Origin: Laetmonice hystrix
Lineage: Eukaryota
Length of the DNA stretch: 64,000 nt
NCBI GenBank assembly: GCA_965235115.1
Contig: OZ249436.1
Coordinates: 21,888,001 to 21,952,000, forward strand
Reading direction: 5' to 3'
Shown: positions 51,009 to 61,838 of the stretch, in pieces
Numbering within the stretch: position 1 is the stretch's first letter
Layout of the letters: the number at the start of each line of letters is the position of its first letter
The notes under the pieces: model-generated
What the model saw: only the letters and a program-made list of their open reading frames with translations
What the model was told of the DNA's origin: nothing
The model's database searches: none
Translations under genes and position numbers: made by a program

Positions 51009-51933
51009 AAATGAATAATGAAGAATAGTCTCCTAACGCAAACTGATTCAGACGAAGAATGTTGTTTATGAATAGGCCTAATTGGGATGGAAAATAAAAA
51101 TTGTAACTAGTAAATGAAGAAAAAAAGATTACCGCAAGGAGATACATTCCAGTGCCTTTCAGAATTATTTGAGGAACATCTCCTCAAAGGGCTGGGTATT
51201 TAAAGCGAGGGAACTGAATGTTCTGCCTGAAGGCAGCATATAGGTACACGCTACAGTTAATGTTTTCTTTTTATCATAAATATCTATTCTGCCTGAAAAA
51301 AACCCATCAAACACGCAATGTGCCCCCGGACGGGCGCGGTGACGACAGAGGTAGACCTACCTTCCCGTTGTCCTAAAGATTACCTACACACAGAAGCCTT
51401 AGAGCGTCTGTACTCTTTTCATGGTCTCGATGTATGGATCAATTTGACAAAACCAATGCGTCTAAGACAAATAAATTTTGCAGTCGTTCTTCAAGGCAGA
51501 CTGCCCTTCAAGATGCTCTATTCTTAGCATATTTTGTCATTTGATCTGGGCCATGGCGTAAATTGGGCACTTTTGCTGTGCAATAAGTCGGCCGGGGAGC
51601 GGTTTGACACGTTGTCGCCAGACGGCCTTCAGTGCACAAGGCTAGGTGGCGCTGTGGTCACCGTAAGTAAACCAAGGTATTGCTGATAACAGAAGTTCAT
51701 AAACATATTATGTTGTTTTATCATAACGAAGAAAAAGAAAAGTTCCTTCTTCTAAATCAGCATTAATTTTATTGTGAAAATAGCAAGCTTGGATACCTTA
51801 TCTCAGAACTAAGGGCATTATCCTTTCAGTATTCCCAAATGAAAAAATGAAACCTTCGTAGATGAAAATACACCATTCTTGATGAGTTAGGTACTTGAAC
51901 CACTCGACACTTCCCCTCTTCAGTAAATCAGAG

Positions 51934-52054
51934 AACTCACGTTTCTCCTCATTCCACGTATAAATCTTTCGCCTTTTACTAAAGATTTCCGTGGGGAGGA
52001 ACATTACAATGAGTCTATAGACGAATTTTTGCATCCCTGCTCTCAGAGCGGGGT
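51934..52054 (+). ncRNA. U5: U5 snRNA (variant B)
   Basis: Identical to 1804-1924. Confidence 0.97.
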
Positions 52055-52575
52055 AATTAAAAAAGGAAGAATAGTCTCCTAACGCAAACTGATTCAGACG
52101 ACGAATGTTGTTTGTAAATAGGCCTAAATAAGATGGAAAAACAAAAATTGTAAAATAGTAAATGAAGAAATTAAGGTTACCGCAAGGAAATATATATTCC
52201 AGTGGTTTCAGAATTATTTTAGGAACATCTCCTCAAAGAGTGGGGAATTTAATGCAAAGGAACTGCATGTTCTGCCTGAAGGCGGCATTATGTACACGTT
52301 ACAGGTATAAAATGTTTTCTTTTTATTATAAATGGTTATTCTGCCTGGAAAGAAACAAATAACACAAACACGTAATGGGCCCCCGGACGGGCGCGTTGGC
52401 AACAGAGGTAGACCTACCTGCCTGTTGTCCAAAAGATTACCTATAAATAAATTTTGCAGTTCTTGTTAAAAGGAGACTGCGCTTCAAGATACTCTATTCT
52501 TAGCATATTTTGTCATTTGATCTGGGCCATGGCACAAATTGGGCGCTTTTGCTGTGCAATAAGTCGGCCGGGGAG

Positions 52576-54563
52576 CAGTCTCGGTAACGCCAGACTCTCA
52601 GATAAGAGAGTCTGGGAGAGTTCCGATCTTTCATTGTTACCGCATGGTGGCGCGTCGAACGTTTAGGAACATAAGCGGCTCGAGGAGGCCAGAGAAAAAC
52701 AACCGACCTTTTCGCTTCACGAAAATTCGCTTGATAAAATTGCTCGACAAGACTACGTTTTACTAAGAAAAAGTCGTCATCATGTGTAAAATATGACTCT
52801 AGGCCCCCTATTTTGGCTATAGGCCTATAGGCCGACTGATTGCATTGTGCGGTGTAGAGCGAACACCTAGGCTGTGTGCATGTCAATTGTCCGTTGAAAT
52901 TTGAAAAATCCTTAATACTATCTTACTCAGTTCCTAAAGTTCTATGGTTCATACAATAAAGTTAATTGCTTATCAAACGACATATAGGCCCACTAGCCTA
53001 TATGTAGGTGACCGATTAAACAGACGCTGTCTCAGGTTTGGAAATATGTGATCTATGATATAGGCCCCTATGCCGTGCTGGGCAGTGGGCGGGCGCTTAC
53101 TGGCTCACCCGCCGGGAGCGACCGGTGGGGGCCAGGGGCAGGGGAGCGAGGCGGCAGGCAGGCAAGACGCCAGAGTCCATGCAAGCAGGGATGATGCCGT
53201 CCTTGCAAAACGTCTCTAGACTAGAATATAAAACACACATTCCGCCCAATAGCGCTCCAATATTAGTTACGGGTTTTCCTATTAAACCGAGGCTGTCTCA
53301 GGCTTGAAAATATGGCAGACTCTGACTGCGTAAGGTCAGACTTGCAGGCTCAGCCCGGCGGGAGTGACCGAGCCCGAGGTGGCGGCCGGCGCTGCAGGCG
53401 GGGTAGGCCTACCGAAGTCTGTGCATGCATGCACTCGGAACAGGTTTCTAGGTCATATCCGGAGGCGAAGCAGGCCTCGGATGTATGAAGCGGCCATTTT
53501 CCCGTTTTTCGTGCAAAGTAGTGTAAAGCGGTCGCACATGAACACAAGAGTAAATAGTCGACCCCTACGCACAGGCACATAGGCCTTGTTCAAATATAAT
53601 TTCTCAGCATACCTATACCTCGAATTTTCTATCGTGGAGACAAAACAGTCTCTTCTTCACCTGGGAGGAAACCCAGATATTCTGACTTTGTATAAAGTCC
53701 GACACTAGGGAGTTCTACATTTTCGGCACGGCGGCAGCGCGCGAGTTTGTTGTTTACATCCGGGTCAGTGGTCCCGACCTAGCCACCCACCCACCCCACC
53801 CCCCAGCATGGCGACCTTCGTCGTACAGCCGAGATATGACGGAGTCAATCGTGGGTGAGCCGAGTGTGCATGCATGATGCCGCCGTTGGAGGCTTGTATA
53901 AAACGTCGCGAGAACGCTAAAACCAGCCGTTGATCAGCATGAGCAGACTTCCGCTAAATTTGACCAATCGGCTGCAAGACGACCGGATGCAGAATTCCTG
54001 TAGCCTACTTTTTGAAAGCCGCTTATGTCTCGGAACAACGTCACAAACAGTAGATACAAAAGGTTATGATCCACTATTTATTTTCTTCTATAATTTAATG
54101 TAATGTTTTGGCCATTTTCAATGTTTAAAATAATTTCTGCGAATGTCTGCTTGGCATGGCAGGTTAGATATGCATGTTTCCGACAATAAAAACTCAATTT
54201 ACGTATAGGTTGAATGATTAGATTTTATTTTATCGGAGCTTCTGTTACATGACCCCAGGTGGCACCACCAAATCGACCAGAATACAGGCCTGTGATACAT
54301 AACATATTGGCTAAGATTTTCCAAGGAAAGTTAAGCAGATATTCTCTAATAATACACTGATATTATTGATCATATAGTGAACTTTTTCTCTGTGGTATTT
54401 GATGAGCACATTCAGGGGGGTTATATCCATTCTTGGCCCTAGATACATTCACTCCATACCTTTTTGAGGGACAACCAGCAGCCCATTGGCTAAATAGGGG
54501 GTCATGACCAAAAGCTTCCAGACCCTCTGCTAGGGCCGCTGAGGGTCTGGATAATCGAGACTG
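52576..54563. mobile_element. Copy of DNA-transposon-like insert, deletion allele
   Basis: Same TIRs and TSD. Confidence 0.8.
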
Positions 54564-54908
54564 GCCGGGGAGCGGTTTGACGCGTTGTCGCCAGACGGCC
54601 TTCAGTGCACAAGGCTATAGGTGGCGCTGTGGTCACCGTAAGTAAACCAAGGTATATGCTGATAACAGAAGTACATAAACATATTAGCCTATGTTGTTTT
54701 ATCATAACAAAGAAAAAGAAAAGTTCCTTCTTTTAAATCAGCATTTATTGTGAAAAATAGCAAGCTTGGATACCTTATCTCAGACCTAAGGCATTTTCCA
54801 GTAAGGACCCCCCCCCCCCAAATGAAACATTCGTAGATGAAAAGACACCATTCTGGATGAGTTAGGTACTTGAACCACTCGACACTTCCCCTGTTCAGTA
54901 AATCAGAG

Positions 54909-55029
54909 AACTCACGTTTCTCCTCATTCCACGTATAAATCTTTCGCCTTTTACTAAAGATTTCCGTGGGGAGGAACATTACAATGAGTCTATAGACGAA
55001 TTTTTGCATCCCTGCTCTAAGAGCGGGGT
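54909..55029 (+). ncRNA. U5: U5 snRNA (variant A)
   Basis: Identical to 758-878. Confidence 0.97.
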
Positions 55030-55954
55030 AAATGAATAATGAAGAATAGTCTCCTAACGCAAACTGATTCAGACGAAGAATGTTGTTTATGAATAGGCCT
55101 AATTGGGATGGAAAATAAAAATTGTAACTAGTAAATGAAGAAAAAAAGATTACCGCAAGGAGATACATTCCAGTGCCTTTCAGAATTATTTGAGGAACAT
55201 CTCCTCAAAGGGCTGGGTATTTAAAGCGAGGGAACTGAATGTTCTGCCTGAAGGCAGCATATAGGTACACGCTACAGTTAATGTTTTCTTTTTATCATAA
55301 ATATCTATTCTGCCTGAAAAAAACCCATCAAACACGCAATGTGCCCCCGGACGGGCGCGGTGACGACAGAGGTAGACCTACCTTCCCGTTGTCCTAAAGA
55401 TTACCTACACACAGAAGCCTTAGAGCGTCTGTACTCTTTTCATGGTCTCGATGTATGGATCAATTTGACAAAACCAATGCGTCTAAGACAAATAAATTTT
55501 GCAGTCGTTCTTCAAGGCAGACTGCCCTTCAAGATGCTCTATTCTTAGCATATTTTGTCGTTTGATCTGGGCCATGGCGTAAATTGGGCACTTTTGCTGT
55601 GCAATAAGTCGGCCGGGGAGCGGTTTGACACGTTGTCGCCAGACGGCCTTCAGTGCACAAGGCTAGGTGGCGCTGTGGTCACCGTAAGTAAACCAAGGTA
55701 TTGCTGATAACAGAAGTTCATAAACATATTATGTTGTTTTATCATAACGAAGAAAAAGAAAAGTTCCTTCTTCTAAATCAGCATTAATTTTATTGTGAAA
55801 ATAGTAAGCTTGGATACCTTATCTCAGAACTAAGGGCATTATCCTTTCAGTATTCCCAAATGAAAAAATGAAACCTTCGTAGATGAAAATACACCATTCT
55901 TGATGAGTTAGGTACTTGAACCACTCGACACTTCCCCTCTTCAGTAAATCAGAG

Positions 55955-56075
55955 AACTCACGTTTCTCCTCATTCCACGTATAAATCTTTCGCCTTTTAC
56001 TAAAGATTTCCGTGGGGAGGAACATTACAATGAGTCTATAGACGAATTTTTGCATCCCTGCTCTCAGAGCGGGGT
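55955..56075 (+). ncRNA. U5: U5 snRNA (variant B)
   Basis: Identical to 1804-1924. Confidence 0.97.
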
Positions 56076-56596
56076 AATTAAAAAAGGAAGAATAGTCTCC
56101 TAACGCAAACTGATTCAGACGACGAATGTTGTTTGTAAATAGGCCTAAATAAGATGGAAAAACAAAAATTGTAAAATAGTAAATGAAGAAATTAAGGTTA
56201 CCGCAAGGAAATATATATTCCAGTGGTTTCAGAATTATTTTAGGAACATCTCCTCAAAGAGTAGGGAATTTAATGCAAAGGAACTGCATGTTCTGCCTGA
56301 AGGCGGCATTATGTACACGTTACAGGTATAAAATGTTTTCTTTTTATTATAAATGGTTATTCTGCCTGGAAAGAAACAAATAACACAAACACGTAATGGG
56401 CCCCCGGACGGGCGCGTTGGCAACAGAGGTAGACCTACCTGCCTGTTGTCCAAAAGATTACCTATAAATAAATTTTGCAGTTCTTGTTAAAAGGAGACTG
56501 CGCTTCAAGATACTCTATTCTTAGCATATTTTGTCATTTGATCTGGGCCATGGCACAAATTGGGCGCTTTTGCTGTGCAATAAGTCGGCCGGGGAG

Positions 56597-58584
56597 CAGT
56601 CTCGGTAACGCCAGACTCTCAGATAAGAGAGTCTGGGAGAGTTCCGATCTTTCATTGTTACCGCATGGTGGCGCGTCGAACGTTTAGGAACATAAGCGGC
56701 TCGAGGAGGCCAGAGAAAAACAACCGACCTTTTCGCTTCACGAAAATTCGCTTGATAAAATTGCTCGACAAGACTACGTTTTACTAAGAAAAAGTCGTCA
56801 TCATGTGTAAAATATGACTCTAGGCCCCCTATTTTGGCTATAGGCCTATAGGCCGACTGATTGCATTGTGCGGTGTAGAGCGAACACCTAGGCTGTGTGC
56901 ATGTCAATTGTCCGTTGAAATTTGAAAAATCCTTAATACTATCTTACTCAGTTCCTAAAGTTCTATGGTTCATACAATAAAGTTAATTGCTTATCAAACG
57001 ACATATAGGCCCACTAGCCTATATGTAGGTGACCGATTAAACAGACGCTGTCTCAGGTTTGGAAATATGTGATCTATGATATAGGCCCCTATGCCGTGCT
57101 GGGCAGTGGGCGGGCGCTTACTGGCTCACCCGCCGGGAGCGACCGGTGGGGGCCAGGGGCAGGGGAGCGAGGCGGCAGGCAGGCAAGACGCCAGAGTCCA
57201 TGCAAGCAGGGATGATGCCGTCCTTGCAAAACGTCTCTAGACTAGAATATAAAACACACATTCCGCCCAATAGCGCTCCAATATTAGTTACGGGTTTTCC
57301 TATTAAACCGAGGCTGTCTCAGGCTTGAAAATATGGCAGACTCTGACTGCGTAAGGTCAGACTTGCAGGCTCAGCCCGGCGGGAGTGACCGAGCCCGAGG
57401 TGGCGGCCGGCGCTGCAGGCGGGGTAGGCCTACCGAAGTCTGTGCATGCATGCACTCGGAACAGGTTTCTAGGTCATATCCGGAGGCGAAGCAGGCCTCG
57501 GATGTATGAAGCGGCCATTTTCCCGTTTTTCGTGCAAAGTAGTGTAAAGCGGTCGCACATGAACACAAGAGTAAATAGTCGACCCCTACGCACAGGCACA
57601 TAGGCCTTGTTCAAATATAATTTCTCAGCATACCTATACCTCGAATTTTCTATCGTGGAGACAAAACAGTCTCTTCTTCACCTGGGAGGAAACCCAGATA
57701 TTCTGACTTTGTATAAAGTCCGACACTAGGGAGTTCTACATTTTCGGCACGGCGGCAGCGCGCGAGTTTGTTGTTTACATCCGGGTCAGTGGTCCCGACC
57801 TAGCCACCCACCCACCCCACCCCCCAGCATGGCGACCTTCGTCGTACAGCCGAGATATGACGGAGTCAATCGTGGGTGAGCCGAGTGTGCATGCATGATG
57901 CCGCCGTTGGAGGCTTGTATAAAACGTCGCGAGAACGCTAAAACCAGCCGTTGATCAGCATGAGCAGACTTCCGCTAAATTTGACCAATCGGCTGCAAGA
58001 CGACCGGATGCAGAATTCCTGTAGCCTACTTTTTGAAAGCCGCTTATGTCTCGGAACAACGTCACAAACAGTAGATACAAAAGGTTATGATCCACTATTT
58101 ATTTTCTTCTATAATTTAATGTAATGTTTTGGCCATTTTCAATGTTTAAAATAATTTCTGCGAATGTCTGCTTGGCATGGCAGGTTAGATATGCATGTTT
58201 CCGACAATAAAAACTCAATTTACGTATAGGTTGAATGATTAGATTTTATTTTATCGGAGCTTCTGTTACATGACCCCAGGTGGCACCACCAAATCGACCA
58301 GAATACAGGCCTGTGATACATAACATATTGGCTAAGATTTTCCAAGGAAAGTTAAGCAGATATTCTCTAATAATACACTGATATTATTGATCATAAAGTG
58401 AACTTTTTCTCTGTGGTATTTGATGAGCACATTCAGGGGGGTTATATCCATTCTTGGCCCTAGATACATTCACTCCATACCTTTTTGAGGGACAACCAGC
58501 AGCCCATTGGCTAAATAGGGGGTCATGACCAAAAGCTTCCAGACCCTCTGCTAGGGCCGCTGAGGGTCTGGATAATCGAGACTG
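56597..58584. mobile_element. Copy of DNA-transposon-like insert, deletion allele
   Basis: Same TIRs and TSD. Confidence 0.8.
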
Positions 58585-58932
58585 GCCGGGGAGCGGTTTG
58601 ACGCGTTGTCGCCAGACGGCCTTCAGTGCACAAGGCTATAGGTGGCGCTGTGGTCACCGTAAGTAAACCAAGGTATATGCTGATAACAGAAGTACATAAA
58701 AATATTAGCCTATGTTGTTTTATCATAACAAAGAAAAAGAAAAGTTCCTTCTTCTAAATCAGCATTTATTGTGAAAAATAGCAAGCTTGGATACCTTATC
58801 TCAGACCTAAGGCATTTTCCAGTAAGGACCCCCCCCCCCCCCCAAATGAAACATTCGTAGATGAAAAGACACCATTCTGGATGAGTTAGGTACTTGAACC
58901 ACTCGACACTTCCCCTGTTCAGTAAATCAGAG

Positions 58933-59053
58933 AACTCACGTTTCTCCTCATTCCACGTATAAATCTTTCGCCTTTTACTAAAGATTTCCGTGGGGAGGAA
59001 CATTACAATGAGTCTATAGACGAATTTTTGCATCCCTGCTCTAAGAGCGGGGT
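58933..59053 (+). ncRNA. U5: U5 snRNA (variant A); downstream flank cut ~85 bp after the gene
   Basis: Identical to 758-878. Confidence 0.96.
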
Positions 59054-59137
59054 AAATGAATAATGAAGAATAGTCTCCTAACGCAAACTGATTCAGACGA
59101 AGAATGTTGTTTATGAATAGGCCTAATTGGGATGGAA

Positions 59138-59697
59138 AATTTTATTCAATATTTTACCTCGGATGAGGGATCAGACACAAGGTCTAGTGTTACTTCTCTT
59201 AAATTGTTTTAAGAGGGAGGTCTGGCATCATCGTAATAGGGTTAAGTTGGGCTTGGCCAGACCTAACCCTGAGAGAGTGTGGTCGGCCCTGATGGCAGGG
59301 CTCAAGTGGAGGTTTTCTATTGATGTGTGTCGCCCTCAAAATACAAAATGGGTAGAAGCATGGGCAGTTGGAAAGGTTTGTGCGGGAAAAGTGGGTGAGG
59401 AATTTGTCTTCCTCTTGTAGAATAGTTCACCCCCCTTTTTTTAAAGGATATGGTCGGTGCATATTGAAGGATTGTTGAAATGGTGGAGTATTCCTTGAGT
59501 GTGCAGGTTTTAATGTTTGAGTGTTGCCACTTGGGAGTTTTTAACTAGTCAACTCTAGCCTTTTTCAATTTTCCTTTTGTACTTAGTTTGCTCTTTACTA
59601 TATTGTCCGGCATGTAGGCTTTAGGGTCTGGTGCCAGGGTTATCGTTAAGAGTAGTTATTGGTTTTTAGAGTCTTTTATAAATAAAATAAAAAAAAA
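59138..59697 (+). mobile_element. 5'-truncated copy (~560 bp) of the retrotransposon: ORF2 C-terminus, 3' UTR, A-rich tail
   Basis: Colinear with 38311-38871; tail ATAAATAAAATAAAAAAAAAAAA is followed by the U5 target GATTTCCGTGGG. Confidence 0.95.
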
Positions 59698-60153
59698 AAA
59701 GATTTCCGTGGGATTTGGAGAATACGGAGAATTTGGGTTGATTTGGATCGATCAGTTGTTAGCTTTTGGTGGTTTTCTCCTTTTGGAGTCGTAGGTTGGT
59801 CAGTTGACTTGAAACTACCCTTGGGACCGGGTCATAATAGGTCCTTGGTTTCGTTTCTAGGCTGACCTTTCATACTGTCCGCGGGACCCGGAATATAATA
59901 GGTCCTTTTCTATTTGCATCCGTGGGGACCCGGATTAAAATAGGTCTCTCGTTCGCTTGGGTATCTGGTGGTAGCTTCCAGCCCAACGTGATAATTCTTT
60001 ATGTTAATCCGTAGAGGTCCGGAATAAAATAGGCCTCCTTTTCCTTTCCTTCTCTCTTCTTTCACCGTGTAAATGGTCTTAGTTGCCGTCACGGTGTAAG
60101 CCAACCTCTCCCCTTTTCAGTTAATTTTGTTTTCCGCCTGCCACTCCGGTGGC

Positions 60154-61740
60154 ATGGCGACAGGCATGGAATATGATTCTGACGACACGGATTTGGCCCT
60201 GGTTATAGACGATAATATGGCTTCAACAACTTCTCCTCTACCTGTTGCGAGGAGCAGTCAGGTGGCAGAAACGTCGGGCGTACAATCTGGAGGCATCTCC
60301 AAAGAGTTAGCCCATCATAGTTTTCAGAGGGATTTGATCTTGTCCTCTGATGAGGACGGATGGTCGGTCCAGAAAAAGAAAACAAAAGGTGGTCGGAAGG
60401 TGGGAGGGAAAGTTTTCCCTACGTCGAAGCCAGATGGTGCGGCACCCCCATCCAAGACCGTTAAATTGAATTCAGGGCGCTCAAAGCCAGTAAAAGTATC
60501 GAGAGTAGGGCAAGACCCTGTCTTCCTGAAAAAAAACCTTCTCAATTGAGGAGCAAAGGGTAAGGGCTGAAAGCCTCATTGAGAGAAGTGCGGTTTTTAA
60601 GTTTGTTGACCGGGGTAGCCCCATCTTGCGGGATGATTTTGCGGAGCCCTTGTCGGCACTGATCGATCTGAAGGAAGTTTTGTTTTTGGCCAGTATAGGT
60701 CGGGGTGACGAGTGGCACGTTACCCTGACAAATACTGCAGCGAAGGCAGCCCTCTTAACGAGTGATGGGTTTTGTGTGGGGGGACGTAGGTGCTACGTCA
60801 AAGAGGATGACACGCTTAAGGGTCGAGGAGGGACTTTCTGCTACCCGGTAGTGCGTGTACATTGGAATAGTCCTTCTTTACCTTTGAATGTCGTGCCAGA
60901 TATCCTGGGGGTCCATGGTGACATAATATCTGATGTCTTTGAAGAGTCGTCATCATCGCGATTCCCAGGGGTGTTAACTGGGGTCCGCAAACTAGTGTTT
61001 AAAATCCCTACTAAAGATAAGAGAGCCTTTTTGGAGGATCTCCCACATTTGCTTCACCCTGAGTTTGATGGGGTGAAGTTTCGCTTGTTGGTGGTGGTCA
61101 ACGGCCGGAAACCTTTGTGTTTGAGGTGCCAGAAGATGGGCCATCAATCCAAAAAATGCCTCGAGACTGAGTACTGTTCGTTTTGTCGTCTCTATGGCCA
61201 TAGTACGGGGGTGTGTCCTAGGAAGGGTTCCTATGCGGCAAAGCTCTTAAGTGTCCCTCAGCAAGAGGCAGATCCTGTCCCGCCGGAAGTACCGGTGGTG
61301 GAGGACGAGACGCCGCAAGGTGCAGCGGAGGGTGGTCAACAGGCTGAGCCTGTTGAGGTCCCACAGGGAGGTGATGGTGGAGAGGAGTCCACTCCTATCG
61401 ATTTGTCTAGCGAATCCATGGGACGGAAGTCTGAGCATCCCGTGCAAAAACATCAGGCCCCTATTAAAGTTTCCGAGGGCGACGTGGAACCCCCCAACCC
61501 ATTTTAGAGGGCGACGTACCTCAGAAACTCGAGCCGGCCCCTCAGCGGGCAAGTAGGAGATCGGATAGAGGGAAACGCTCTCATGTTCCCCAGGGAGCCG
61601 TAGCGGGAGCCTTGGCAGGGCTTGCTCCTAGAGAGACCTCAGCTCCGCCAACTCTGAGGGCGAAGCTAGAACCCCATCTTGGGCCCAAGAGTCTTTTGGG
61701 GGCAGAAGGGCTTAAAGAGGGCTCTTTCCAGCCTCCCTGA
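60154..61740 (+). pseudogene. ORF1 of second copy, frameshifted as assembled
   Basis: +1 at the A-run 60529-60536 and -1 at the C-run 61490-61495 relative to the first copy; the ORF track splits it into 60127-60549 and 60626-61507. Confidence 0.75.
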
Positions 61741-61838
61741 GTTTATCCATTTCTTAGGTCTTATCGCACATTTTAGTTAAAATACCTTTTGAATCAATTA
61801 TTTGCATTTCCAACGCCTGACAAATTACAAATTACCTG

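Larger units (their letters stand above)
1..59140 (+). repeat. Tandem array of U5 snRNA genes: units of ~4042/4021 bp (U5-A + U5-B + 2-kb insert) and ~2995-2998 bp (one U5 + insert), interrupted by a retrotransposon at 33001-38871
   Basis: Near-identical sequence recurs at offsets of 2995, 2998, ~4042 and ~4021 bp, also visible as recurring identical ORF translations. Confidence 0.98.

Noticed and set aside
352..59033. Dozens of recurring 60-160 aa ORFs in the array (e.g. MQKFVYRL..., MTCTQPRC...)
   Set aside because: No recognisable domains; several are antisense to U5; their lengths change with poly-C length; recurrence simply reflects the DNA repeat.
1..59140. CRISPR array, rDNA, 5S, tRNA or other snRNA genes in the repeat unit
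   Set aside because: No short repeat-unique spacer pattern, and no rRNA, tRNA, U1, U2, U4 or U6 signatures recognised; only U5.
59127..59420. 97-aa ORF seemingly fusing array sequence to ORF2
   Set aside because: Chance in-frame start across the truncation junction; only the ORF2 C-terminal remnant.
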